From an uncultured Bacilli bacterium (GTDB taxonomy: Bacteria; Bacillota_I; Bacilli_A; RF39; UBA660), in NCBI GenBank assembly GCA_944358265.1, contig CALVQR010000003.1, forward strand, positions 1 through 57,100: 57,100 nucleotides of DNA. The letters are read 5' to 3'. This document shows positions 41,501 to 50,903 of this stretch, piece by piece. Numbering within the stretch: position 1 is the first letter of the stretch; the number at the start of each line of letters is the position of its first letter. A model generated the notes under the pieces. That model did not search any database. It had not been told where the DNA came from and saw only the letters and a program-made list of their open reading frames with translations. The translations under genes were made by a program, and so were the position numbers.

Positions 41501-42044
41501 CTTTTAGACATTTCTTAATGTCAAATATAGCATCTTCATATTCACTTTCCCATTTTAATATCACTTTTAAGGCTATATCAAAATATGTGTTTATTACAAT
41601 ATCAGACAATTTTTCTCTTTCCAAGGCTTCAGATAAAGCAAGTAAAAACGCTTGATTTAAATCACCATAATTACTATTAATTATTATTGGTAACAACTTT
41701 ATATGCTTATTTCTTATAGTAGATAATGTATGATATGTATTTAAATCTACATTTTTTATTTTTTCAATAAATCTATTAATTTGTTTTTCACTTTCATCGT
41801 TATAATCACTTAAAAGCGTCATCAAGACAAGTAGTAAATGAGACTTTCCCTTACCATAAGGCCCTATTAAAGTTGTTGCTCTGTTTTTTGAAGTCAATAC
41901 ATTATTAAAATATACATTTAACAGTTCACATCCGTCTTTTGTAGGAATATATTGCTCGATTTTAGATATATCATTTAAATCAAATTGTAAATTAACAGAA
42001 TATTGAAAGTTTTCGTTAACGCCAATTAATTCCTTGTATTTCAT
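38550..42044 (-). CDS. Large P-loop ATPase, SspC/BrxC-like
   Basis: GPYGKGKS, IVFDEFSKFLE, GRF, CFPLNP, QNERTLFTFL; follows the DUF4007 gene. Confidence 0.8.
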   Translation of the reverse strand: MKYKELIGVNENFQYSVNLQFDLNDISKIEQYIPTKDGCELLNVYFNNVLTSKNRATTLIGPYGKGKSHLLLVLMTLLSDYNDESEKQINRFIEKIKNVDLNTYHTLSTIRNKHIKLLPIIINSNYGDLNQAFLLALSEALEREKLSDIVINTYFDIALKVILKWESEYEDAIFDIKKCLKEYNCSLKELKNGLKNYSEKYYTIFKNVYSCILHGQEFNPLVNSDIIKIYKDMTHEIKEYGYDGIFIVFDEFSKFLEYVENSHMMKDLKLLQDFAELANRTGENEQIHLSCITHKTMNQYAKNMSDDKANAFKTVEGRFKELYFNRSIEQNYEIVSYALRKKKGYVDFYNNFYNANIDFYNNIKKLPIFKNNDSIEKILFKGCFPLNPLTVYCIIQLSEKIAQNERTLFTFLTDDDQNSLKYFIDNNDSGLFNVNNIYDYFKPLFKKESDSAIKDIWVKSENAIAKCTDDIEKNVIKTIAVIYMINETELLVPDDLTIQLAMSIESNKFEKITNSLIDKSIIKRKKITNEFEFTTIYNRKLSKEVKRISETQFNNINIKDTVKEIMNINYTLPRRYNEEFKITRFFSNIYMSEEELLSINNLDILFENNYCDGIIINLIRNSRNIQNIIDHFKNVNNDRIVLKMPKTLFPKTISSLLSEYKSIDYLLHNESNKDDFAKALELMKKEIINVLEELLSQYFSKDNIQEYIYRDKIDKNVINVSSYISNICFDIYNETPVVNNEMINKAELSAPIKRARDIVIETILNNDEGLIKSKTSAEATIYKAIVEKKHTQSISNILNIINEFIKKSDNNKISFSKLYNTLENKPYSIRKGIIPILLSMSLYNYSDIIIIYFMNKEIDLDAGNLIKINENPDKYFILTEKGTTDKIKYLSKLLYIFNIPNLDNQRVNLRKLVESMRRWILSLPRILREYRIEQDEMNISEKYISIKNELLRPDINNNEFIYSKLLEILETDDYEVVCSEIEKMKQTFDNFVSKYSVILIDKTKAIFDKNFKGSLHSLLKEWYKDNNLGSSPVIFDLKTKEIIDYINIMSTHDEFDIIEKISKIITGYYIEDWQPNEINNYENGLLNVIEKVKYIEKNDTNDANKIILISGNEKIEKYFNSSNDISAIGTTMKSNIEELIDEYGDSLTEEEKITVLLDIVKKYM

Positions 42045-42054
42045 TTATTACACC

Positions 42055-42900
42055 TCATTCAAAATGTTCTTTCATTATTTCTTCCAATGAAAGTTGTTTG
42101 CTAAAATAGATCATATTCAATCCAGCAGTTCTGTTTACAACAATTAAGTCATGTCTTTTCATTTCATCTAAATATTCATTAATTAAATTTTTGTCTAAAT
42201 TCAATAATTTTATAGGACTATTATCCACTTTAATTAATTCATCAATACTCAAATAATCTTTATTATCAGCTATTTTTAAAATCAAATAATAAACAACTAA
42301 GTAATTTAAATTTCTGTATTCTGGTTTTATACGTTCATAAGTATTTACATCAACCTTTTTTATTAAATTCAAATCTGACAAAGGACATATAAAATTGTTT
42401 TCCGGATTATCAATCTTTTCATCAATTGAATAGGTTTTTACTATCATATTTATTTCATCTTGAAGTATATTATCATTGAAATCCAAATTATCATTTCTCA
42501 GATTATTAGAAAGTTGTTCAAAAACATCTTTTTTAGTAAAATTTTTCATTGCACATTTATTAAAGAAAAGATTATATATATAAGAATCATCTAGGTTCAA
42601 TATTAGATTTAAATGAATTAACCACCAAGAAAAAATATCTTCTAAATATGGATCATATTTATCAATTAAATTTCCAAATTCCGATAATACAATATTTTTA
42701 TTTTCATCCTTTACTAAACATGTTGCAAGCATCCAATATTTTAATGATTTAACCATATTAGTTCCTATTCCTAAAACATCAGTTGCGTCACTTGATGAGA
42801 ATACTTTAGGATTTTCTTTTACTGCCCTAATTCCTTTAGCAAGCCAGCCTTCTCTAATAGAAAAACTTTCATGTCTTTTCATTTTAACTTTTTTCACCAT
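42055..42900 (-). CDS. DUF4007 family protein (SspB-like)
   Basis: HESFSIREGWLAKG, LGIGTNMVKSLKYW, DPYLED..WLIH, RTAGL. Confidence 0.88.
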   Translation of the reverse strand: MVKKVKMKRHESFSIREGWLAKGIRAVKENPKVFSSSDATDVLGIGTNMVKSLKYWMLATCLVKDENKNIVLSEFGNLIDKYDPYLEDIFSWWLIHLNLILNLDDSYIYNLFFNKCAMKNFTKKDVFEQLSNNLRNDNLDFNDNILQDEINMIVKTYSIDEKIDNPENNFICPLSDLNLIKKVDVNTYERIKPEYRNLNYLVVYYLILKIADNKDYLSIDELIKVDNSPIKLLNLDKNLINEYLDEMKRHDLIVVNRTAGLNMIYFSKQLSLEEIMKEHFE

Positions 42901-42904
42901 ATTT

Positions 42905-44656
42905 TTACTCCTTTTCTTGTTTTGTTCTAAGAACCTTTTTCATATAACATCCACCGCTAAAATGTTTTACACATTCTAAACATCCAACGCATTTTTTTTC
43001 ATCAATTTTATATGATATATTAAATTTTTCTCCTTCTTGCCTTTCAATATGTTTAATATTAATAGCATTAAATTTACAAACGCTTTCACAAGCCATGCAT
43101 CCAATACAAGTTTGAAACTTGGTAATTTGATTTTTAATTAACATTTCTCTTATTTTTGGATTACTAAAAATTTTTGTTTCTTTTAATACAGATACTTTTA
43201 AAATCGTTTGCCCAATCTTACCTGTTAATTTTAATATTGGTTCTTTTGTTTTTTTATCTAAAACGAAAACCTCTCCAAGTCTTTTGTTTCCAATGTTAAA
43301 ATTTATATCTCCAAAAGGTTTAAAAAGCTCATATAGAGTATCATTTATTGGTTTATTTAGTTCAAAGTTATATGCATTTTCTTCTAATACGCAAGGTTTA
43401 AAAGACAAAACAGCATTACTACTATATTTTAAACCATTACCGCCTTGTCTTGCCTTCCATCCCCCAGATGAAATATACTCTTTAGGATTAGGTTTACCAA
43501 TACGTTCTGCAAAATCCAGCAAAATATTATGAAATTTATTATATTCACTATTCATATAAATATTAGACAAATATTCAGACCAATAAGAATTATTAGGGCA
43601 GCACCAACATCCAACTCTTGAAAAGCCTTTTTTATATGCATTGTTAAATTCTAAATGTTTTGACAATATATATAACCATACATCAAAATCAAGCCAATCT
43701 ATGATAGGAGCTACCGTTTGTTGTTTGGTGATTTTTGCGCCGCTACTTTCACGTTCATATTTGCTTCTTGCAATAGATTCATTTCTTCTAAGGCCTTGAA
43801 AAGTTAATATTTTTATTTTGTTTTTAAAAGTAGAATCTATTTTACGGGTTATAGCACCGGTTTTAAATATAGTACAGCACCACCTCATAACTCTGCTAGG
43901 AGGTCCAATAACCTTACATAATTCATTAAAATCTTGTTCTTTATTTTTTGCTACTAATAAAGGAGTTGTAGGATGAGCTTTTTTAAATTTTTCCAAATAA
44001 ACACCAGTTTCAGGATATTCCAAAGTTGTATCTCCATAAATATGTATTATTTTATCAGTTCCTAAAGCACTCATTACCAAATCACTTGTAACTGTTGAAT
44101 CCTTTCCTCCCGAAAAAGATACAAACATTGAGTCTAAATTATAATTTTTAGAAATATCTTTTATATATTCATGTGCTTCTGTAACAATGGAATTTAACCT
44201 AATACTATTTGCTTTTATAAAATCCTTTATATATTGTTGCTCGTAAAACTTATCAACATATTTTTTATTTTCTTCTTGATTCTCCTCTATTATTTTTCTT
44301 ATAATATTTGCATCAATATTTTTTACAATATTTTTAATTGTAAGCTTAATTTTTTGTCCATCAACAAAATAGTTATTACCTGTTGTATTCCATATAGATT
44401 TATTAGCATATTTAAACGGTGTACCCTCAATTGCTTCTAAAAGTAATCGTTCTTCAGGGAAAACAGGTCTAACATCTGTTCCCATATAATTTGCCTTTTT
44501 ACCACATATAGGGCAGATTTTATCGAATAAAGGAATATTACATTGATCACAATAATATATTTCGGACTTATCTAAAAAAGTTCTACTATTACACACAGGG
44601 CAAATACTTGATTCACATATTAAGTTATCGCACTTACTACAAATATATCTGATCAT
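42905..44656 (-). CDS. PAPS-reductase family protein (SspD/DndC-like) with N-terminal Cys clusters and C-terminal ferredoxin-like domain
   Basis: SFSGGKDS, RWCC, R..ES..R, RVGCWCCP; CIGCMACESVC and CVGCLEC. Confidence 0.88.
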   Translation of the reverse strand: MIRYICSKCDNLICESSICPVCNSRTFLDKSEIYYCDQCNIPLFDKICPICGKKANYMGTDVRPVFPEERLLLEAIEGTPFKYANKSIWNTTGNNYFVDGQKIKLTIKNIVKNIDANIIRKIIEENQEENKKYVDKFYEQQYIKDFIKANSIRLNSIVTEAHEYIKDISKNYNLDSMFVSFSGGKDSTVTSDLVMSALGTDKIIHIYGDTTLEYPETGVYLEKFKKAHPTTPLLVAKNKEQDFNELCKVIGPPSRVMRWCCTIFKTGAITRKIDSTFKNKIKILTFQGLRRNESIARSKYERESSGAKITKQQTVAPIIDWLDFDVWLYILSKHLEFNNAYKKGFSRVGCWCCPNNSYWSEYLSNIYMNSEYNKFHNILLDFAERIGKPNPKEYISSGGWKARQGGNGLKYSSNAVLSFKPCVLEENAYNFELNKPINDTLYELFKPFGDINFNIGNKRLGEVFVLDKKTKEPILKLTGKIGQTILKVSVLKETKIFSNPKIREMLIKNQITKFQTCIGCMACESVCKFNAINIKHIERQEGEKFNISYKIDEKKCVGCLECVKHFSGGCYMKKVLRTKQEKE

Positions 44657-44763
44657 TTATATTCCTCCTCGCATTAAATATAATTCTTATTACAATTATA
44701 TTATATCATAATTTACTGGAGAAAAAATATTATTATTAAAATTTTATCCAGTTTTTTATTTTT

Positions 44764-44788
44764 AAAAAAAAAGTAGCAAGTGCTACTT
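44764..44788 (-). terminator. Intrinsic terminator after the 805-aa gene
   Basis: AAGTAGC-4nt-GCTACTT hairpin followed by a long T run on the minus strand. Confidence 0.7.
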
Positions 44789-47204
44789 AATCTATATATT
44801 GAAGAATATCAAAATCGTTTATATCCTCTTCATAAATATCTTTACTTAAATATACACAATCAATAGAACTATCTAAATAATACAATTTTTTATTTATAAA
44901 ATTTTTAATATAAGATTCATATAAATCAATATTATATTTTTCATAAATTTCTTTCTTTATATCCTTTATATATGTTTTATCCTTGTATATAAAACTATTT
45001 ATAAATTTCTCACGTGTAGGCTGTTCCTTTGTTTTTATAAAAAGTATATTATTTTTTAGACTAATAATTTTTATGTCATTAATCGTTGAAATTAATGTTT
45101 CATAGAAACAATCAGGAAAATCATATTGCTTTAAATTTGTTAAAAAATTATCTTTATCAAGTGTATATAAATTAAAATATTCACCATCTTTTATAACCTT
45201 TTCTATTTCATCAATAAAATTTTTTATTTTTTCCTTTGTTATCCCCATATTATTAAGTTTTTTTATGGTAATAAATCTATCTTCACTTATCTTAAATAAA
45301 TCTAAATTATAGATAAATTTATATAAATAACTAGAATAAGTCGAACCTATTTTTTGCATTTCAGGTTCAACTTCGTAATACTCAGAATTAAGGATTACCT
45401 CTCTCATATACGCTTCTAAATTTGATATAGAGTTTTTCATTATGTAATTTCCTCTTAATTTATAACCTATTTTTTGCATATTTATATTATTTATCAATTT
45501 AAAATCATTAACATTAAATAATCTAGTTAGCATTTCTTTTATTGTTGAAATAGAATATATATCTTCAGTTAAATTATTTTTCATAATTGTTAATTGTTCG
45601 TCTGTAAATTCTTCACAATCACTCATTAAAATACCATTAGTAATATATTTGTTAAAATTAGTCAATAGCAGAGATCTAAATGTATTAATCTTATGTCCAT
45701 AATTTTGATGCACATATTCTGTAAAATCATCTAAACTAATTGGTGATAATTCATGTATCAGACCTTCAACAAATTCAAGTTTGTCACTACAATCTATAAG
45801 AAGATCTGGCATTCTAGAAAAAACAATTTTATTGTTATTTGTGTTTATAACTTTTCTCAATAAATTATGTAACTCATATTCGTCTCTAATATCAATATTC
45901 TTCATTAAAAGACTATTGTTATTAAAGAAAAATTCTGCAGAATAATCTCCTGGCTCAACATTTAACATATTATTTAATTCTGTAATATCGTTTTCTTCAA
46001 GGGCATTAATATCATAATATCTGTAGTATTTCCCTGCTCCGCATAAAATATTTTGCATTCTATTTAAAATAGAATCTATATTTCTAAAATCCTGTTCAGA
46101 TAATTCTTCTAAATTAAGTGAAAAATTTTTTATTAATTTATTATACTCATCAATTATTTCGGAATATTCTATTGTTTTATTAAATCTTTTTATTATTGCA
46201 AGTAATATATTGTTACGCTTTGCAGCAATATATTCTCCACAATAACTTATCAAATTATATTTTCTTTTTAATACATTTAACTGTTTTTGACTTAAATTCA
46301 ATTCATCTAGCATATCTGATGGATCTTTTTCCCCTAGTTTATACTTTTCTTTTAAAAAATAATATACTATCGGACTTTCATTATAAAATTCACTAAATAA
46401 ATACGAATCAAAATTATATGTTTGAAAAGTTTCTAAATATTTTTCTTCTTCTCTGGTCGGGCTAATTTTTTTTAGTTCTTTAGAAACAATTTGTCTTATT
46501 CTTTCACGGGTAACATTATATTCAATACCTATACTTTCAAGTGTCATTCCGCTTAGTTTTTTTAAAACAATATCATAATGTCCTTTATTACTAATTTTAT
46601 TTAATTCAGAAATCAATTTTGGCTTTACTAGAGAAAAAATCTCGTCTTTTTTATTTATTAATTTATTATTTGTTAAACTAAAAAGTAAATCATCTAAAGT
46701 TTCAATTGAATAATTTTTTTCTACTAGCATTTCTTTAATTTGGTTATATGTAAAATCATTATATTCAAAATTCTTCTTTATTAGGTAAAATAATATTTTA
46801 GAAGATAGTTCTAAATGTATATCATTTTCCCTTAAAAAAGAGTCATAACTTTTCATAATTTTTTTATAAGTTGAATCAGTAATAAAGTCTCTTTTTAATA
46901 ATTTTTCATCTATATCATTTATATTAATATTATTTTTTTTAAGCAATTGGATTATTCCTATTGATAATCCGTAAATAGTTAAATCATAGATGGAATAATC
47001 TTTATCAGAGTTAACAGCCATAGGAAGTATATCTTTAATTTTTTCTACTTTCTGGCTTTTTTCTCCTAAAACTTTATTTAAACAATCTGGATCATTTGCA
47101 ATATTGTATAATTTAATATTATTATCATATAATCTTTTCACTGTTGTATAAGCTATACCATAGTCGCAAAGTAAAAAAATAGACTTCATATCAATCACTC
47201 CCAA
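44787..47204 (-). CDS. Large protein with alpha-CTD/HhH-like repeats and a sigma70 region-4-like HTH
   Basis: GMTLESIGIEYNVTRERIRQI; two N-terminal YG(I/L)...L..NNI units. Likely start ATG 47189. Confidence 0.7.
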   Translation of the reverse strand: MGVIDMKSIFLLCDYGIAYTTVKRLYDNNIKLYNIANDPDCLNKVLGEKSQKVEKIKDILPMAVNSDKDYSIYDLTIYGLSIGIIQLLKKNNININDIDEKLLKRDFITDSTYKKIMKSYDSFLRENDIHLELSSKILFYLIKKNFEYNDFTYNQIKEMLVEKNYSIETLDDLLFSLTNNKLINKKDEIFSLVKPKLISELNKISNKGHYDIVLKKLSGMTLESIGIEYNVTRERIRQIVSKELKKISPTREEEKYLETFQTYNFDSYLFSEFYNESPIVYYFLKEKYKLGEKDPSDMLDELNLSQKQLNVLKRKYNLISYCGEYIAAKRNNILLAIIKRFNKTIEYSEIIDEYNKLIKNFSLNLEELSEQDFRNIDSILNRMQNILCGAGKYYRYYDINALEENDITELNNMLNVEPGDYSAEFFFNNNSLLMKNIDIRDEYELHNLLRKVINTNNNKIVFSRMPDLLIDCSDKLEFVEGLIHELSPISLDDFTEYVHQNYGHKINTFRSLLLTNFNKYITNGILMSDCEEFTDEQLTIMKNNLTEDIYSISTIKEMLTRLFNVNDFKLINNINMQKIGYKLRGNYIMKNSISNLEAYMREVILNSEYYEVEPEMQKIGSTYSSYLYKFIYNLDLFKISEDRFITIKKLNNMGITKEKIKNFIDEIEKVIKDGEYFNLYTLDKDNFLTNLKQYDFPDCFYETLISTINDIKIISLKNNILFIKTKEQPTREKFINSFIYKDKTYIKDIKKEIYEKYNIDLYESYIKNFINKKLYYLDSSIDCVYLSKDIYEEDINDFDILQYID

Positions 47205-47333
47205 AATTAAAGGTATTAAATAGAATAATTTGTTAATTAAAATTTGTTTATATTATATCATAAAATATGAATTATTAGTGTTATATACAGCAATTTATCA
47301 TTCTACAAGTGATAAAATAATTTGTTTTTTAAC

Positions 47334-47738
47334 TCACTTTAAATAATCAATATTTATAATATTTTCAAAAGCAATTTTTGACCTATTAGATATAATAATA
47401 ACTTTCTTATCTATATCTATTTTTTTTACTGTTCCAGTCAATTCTTTGTATTCTCCACCTAGTTTCTTATTATCTGGAACATAATACTTTAATGTCACCT
47501 GTGGATGAGAATTAATATTCTCCTTAATTTTATTTAATTCATTATTAATACGTTCTTTACTTTCATCACTTAATTCTATTTTCCTATATGTTAAACGTGC
47601 CACCTCTTTTATTTCTTCATCATATCCTGTTAGTGCAGCAAATGGAGCGAATTGAGCAGCTCTATTATACATTGTCATTGGCTTTCTTGTTTTAGATACA
47701 TGATGTGTTAAATTAATTATATCTTCATATTTATTCAT
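47334..47738 (-). CDS. YolD-like protein
   Basis: KYEDIINL.HHVS..R.PM...RAAQFAPFAALTGY; coupled to the Y-family polymerase gene. Confidence 0.85.
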   Translation of the reverse strand: MNKYEDIINLTHHVSKTRKPMTMYNRAAQFAPFAALTGYDEEIKEVARLTYRKIELSDESKERINNELNKIKENINSHPQVTLKYYVPDNKKLGGEYKELTGTVKKIDIDKKVIIISNRSKIAFENIINIDYLK

Positions 47739-49233
47739 GATGACCTCCAATTTGTTTATTACGTTCAATTGCAGTAGCACCTTCTGTTAAATTTATTCCC
47801 TTTAATATTGAGTTTTTACCATACTTATTTTTTATTTTTAACATCACTTCTTGTATTTTTATGTCTTTTTCTTCTTCGATTTTTTGTTTCATCTTTTTTC
47901 TTTCTTCTTCTTCATAATTAGTAAATAAATTTATTTGTTCAAAAGATTTATTTTCCTTTTTAATATCACTGCTTACCAATTTATTTACAGATAAATTAAT
48001 TTTTCTTATTAACAGTAAAGGATTTGAAATTTGTTCAAACAATTTAACAAAATTTTTGATAATAACACTAGAGGATGATGTTTTATGATTTAGATTAATT
48101 GTGCCATGTGAATGTTTTGGGATTTTTCTTCCGTAAATATCAATTGTGATTTCACCAAAATATTTATCAAATATTTGATGATTAGTTAAATTTTCTACAT
48201 CATAAGATATTGTTAAAACAAGTTGATCAGTTTCTAAATGCTTATTTACAAGTTCTAATGCTAAATTATCTGCCATCTCTTGTACAATAACTTTTGCTTT
48301 TTTATTATCATATGGTTCATGCAAAACTTGACCAGAACTCAAACTAGTTGTTGAGGGTTTATAACTTTTAGCAATTTCAATTGTACACGGTTCCCATCCC
48401 CATGCATGATCAATTAATAATTCTGCATTAATTCCAAATAATTTATATAATAAATCTTCATTATAATGTGAACATCTTGCAACATCTCCCATTGTAAACA
48501 TATTATTTTTCTCAAGTTTCTCTGCTATTCCTTTACCAACTCTCCAAAAATCTGTTATAGGTTTATGATTCCATAATTTTTTTCTAAAAGTTTTTTCATC
48601 CAGTTCGGCAATTCTTACCCCAAATTCATTAGGTTTTGCCTTTTTTGCAACTATATCCATTGCAATTTTGGCTAAAAACATATTAGTTCCAATACCTGCT
48701 GTTGCAGTAATACCAGTTGTCTCATAGACATCTTTTATTAATTTTGTTACTAGTTCTCTAGGTGTACATTTATAAAGTGATATATACTCAGTTATATCTA
48801 TAAAAACCTCATCTATTGAATAAACCAATATATCTTCGGGAGCAATATATTTCAAATATATGCTATATATCTTTGAACTGTATTTCATATAATATGCCAT
48901 TCTTGGATGAGCTATTATAAAGTCCAATTCTAAACTTTTATTATTCTTTAATTCGGAATCCAAGTATGATTTACCAACAAATTTTTTATAATTGTTATTT
49001 TTCCTACGCTGATAATTTATTTCTTTTATTTTTTGTTTTACCTCATAAAGTCTAGCTCTACCGCCTATACCATATTGTTTTAGCGACGGGCTTACAGCTA
49101 AGCAAATAGTTTTATCAGTTCTAGATTCATCTGCAACAACCAAATTTGTATTTAACGGTTCCAATTTTCTTTCTACACATTCTACAGAAGCGTAAAAACT
49201 TTTAAGATCTATACACATATAAACTCTATTCAT
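47731..49233 (-). CDS. Y-family DNA polymerase (UvrX/ImpB/UmuC-like)
   Basis: CIDLKSFYASVE, YSIDEVFID, GIGTNMFLAK, RNKQIGGH C-terminus. Confidence 0.92.
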   Translation of the reverse strand: MNRVYMCIDLKSFYASVECVERKLEPLNTNLVVADESRTDKTICLAVSPSLKQYGIGGRARLYEVKQKIKEINYQRRKNNNYKKFVGKSYLDSELKNNKSLELDFIIAHPRMAYYMKYSSKIYSIYLKYIAPEDILVYSIDEVFIDITEYISLYKCTPRELVTKLIKDVYETTGITATAGIGTNMFLAKIAMDIVAKKAKPNEFGVRIAELDEKTFRKKLWNHKPITDFWRVGKGIAEKLEKNNMFTMGDVARCSHYNEDLLYKLFGINAELLIDHAWGWEPCTIEIAKSYKPSTTSLSSGQVLHEPYDNKKAKVIVQEMADNLALELVNKHLETDQLVLTISYDVENLTNHQIFDKYFGEITIDIYGRKIPKHSHGTINLNHKTSSSSVIIKNFVKLFEQISNPLLLIRKINLSVNKLVSSDIKKENKSFEQINLFTNYEEEERKKMKQKIEEEKDIKIQEVMLKIKNKYGKNSILKGINLTEGATAIERNKQIGGHHE

Positions 49234-49260
49234 TTTTACCACCTCTTTTATATTATAGCA

Positions 49261-49274
49261 CGAACATTTGTATT
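49261..49274. promoter_or_regulatory. Degenerate Gram-positive LexA (SOS) box
   Basis: CGAACATTTGTATT versus consensus CGAAC-N4-GTTCG, abutting the extended -10 TGCTATAAT of the polymerase gene. Confidence 0.45.
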
Positions 49275-49322
49275 GTTTTTTAAAAGACTTAATATTTTAG
49301 AAAATTTACATTACAAAATTTA

Positions 49323-50903
49323 CTATTTTTTTATTCTGAAGTAAACAAATTGAGATGTATTTTTCCAATTATATGTACTCCATAAATCAGTTGAATCAGA
49401 AGATGGATCTACCATTTTAATTATATTTCCATTTACATTCACAACTGCAATCCAATGTTGACCTGTGCTTCCCATTACTTCAACTGCAATATAATATCCT
49501 TGCTCATAATATGTTTTTATTTTCGTGAGTTTTTCTTTTTGAGTTTTCCCATTCAAATTTACTTTTCCCACATATTCAAAGTTAGGTATCACTTTATTTA
49601 TTGCAGCATACTGTAAGTTACCTTCAGAATCAAATCCGTTATTTTCGTTTAATTTTGTTACAAAAACTCCTGGGTTAAAAGGAATTAAACTATTATTTAC
49701 ACCTGACTTTTCTATAAGAACGGAAATCGAAGTTGCTAAACAGCCAATATCACCAATTGTTTTACCAGAATTACCAAGCATGATATTAGACCATTCTGCA
49801 CCTTTTTGTCGCCAATAAATATAGTCTCCCGTTTCAGAACCATATAGCAGGTTACTCCACATGTCGTCATATTCAGAACTAGTAAGTTCTCTTATTTGTT
49901 CTTTTTGGCTTTCTGTAAAATTGTAGTTTTTCATTACATCATCTAATGATTTTGAATTAACATTCACGTATAAAATCTTTTTATCATTATTTGAAATCTG
50001 AAAAGATCCAGGATTAAAAGAAGTTGAATCATTAGTTTCATTTCTAACTTCTGTTGTGATTGTATTAAAATCATAAAAAACATTTTTTAAATTATTAACA
50101 TTTTTATCATCTAAATACATAACAATGTGAGAAGATTCATCACCTGAATATTTTACCGAATAAACAGATATTACTTCTTTCCAATTAGAATACGTAGATT
50201 CAAAAACTACCTCATCAGCCTGAGATAATAATTTTTCATTATCTACTTTTCTATATACTTCTTGATTTATCTCACTTATAACACTTGTCATAGTTCTGCT
50301 TCCTGAATCATTTGAAAAAAAGATACCAAAAACAGAACCTAATAGCATTGCAATTAAGCAAATTATGACAACTATAATTATAACAATTGCACCACCACTT
50401 GCTAATATTCCAATAAGTGAGCTTAATGCACCTATTAATGCTTTAACACCCATTACTAAACCTCTTGCTATTGCCATAACCATAATTCTTGAAGTTCTTG
50501 CCATGCTAATTGCTAATTTTTTACCTTGTATAAACATTTGCTTCCCGACATTGTTTATCTTATTGACATTTTTTGTTACATTTTTAATATCACTTGCTCG
50601 CCTTTTTATTTTATTAACAGTATGACTTTTTATCTTTTTCTTTTGAATTTTTTTCTTTATTACATCTTTAGCTTTACTTGATGATGCACTAACATTGTGG
50701 AGTGATTCATCTTTTAATCTATTTGTATAATATTTTATTTTTTCTGAACCGTATTCATTTACATCTGCATCATTATTATTTACCCCGTTTGATTGCCGAT
50801 TTAATGATACTATCGGATCTTTAATTCTTTCGGTCCACGTACTTGCTTTATTAAGTGTTTTTATTCCTTTATTAGATTTATCTTTTGTTTTTATATCTTT
50901 CAT
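49323..50903 (-). CDS. Conjugation-associated membrane protein with C-terminal C39-like peptidase (VirB1-analogous hydrolase)
   Basis: Basic N-terminus, TM ending FGIFFS; YWRQ..GCLATS..HWIAV..DP; directly downstream of VirB4. Confidence 0.72.
   Translation of the reverse strand: MKDIKTKDKSNKGIKTLNKASTWTERIKDPIVSLNRQSNGVNNNDADVNEYGSEKIKYYTNRLKDESLHNVSASSSKAKDVIKKKIQKKKIKSHTVNKIKRRASDIKNVTKNVNKINNVGKQMFIQGKKLAISMARTSRIMVMAIARGLVMGVKALIGALSSLIGILASGGAIVIIIVVIICLIAMLLGSVFGIFFSNDSGSRTMTSVISEINQEVYRKVDNEKLLSQADEVVFESTYSNWKEVISVYSVKYSGDESSHIVMYLDDKNVNNLKNVFYDFNTITTEVRNETNDSTSFNPGSFQISNNDKKILYVNVNSKSLDDVMKNYNFTESQKEQIRELTSSEYDDMWSNLLYGSETGDYIYWRQKGAEWSNIMLGNSGKTIGDIGCLATSISVLIEKSGVNNSLIPFNPGVFVTKLNENNGFDSEGNLQYAAINKVIPNFEYVGKVNLNGKTQKEKLTKIKTYYEQGYYIAVEVMGSTGQHWIAVVNVNGNIIKMVDPSSDSTDLWSTYNWKNTSQFVYFRIKK

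Noticed and set aside
32467-44656. Interpretation as BREX type 4 or classical DndABCDE-FGH
   Set aside because: No PglZ, BrxL, DndB or DndFGH recognisable; DUF4007 plus the large ATPase points to an Ssp-type writer.
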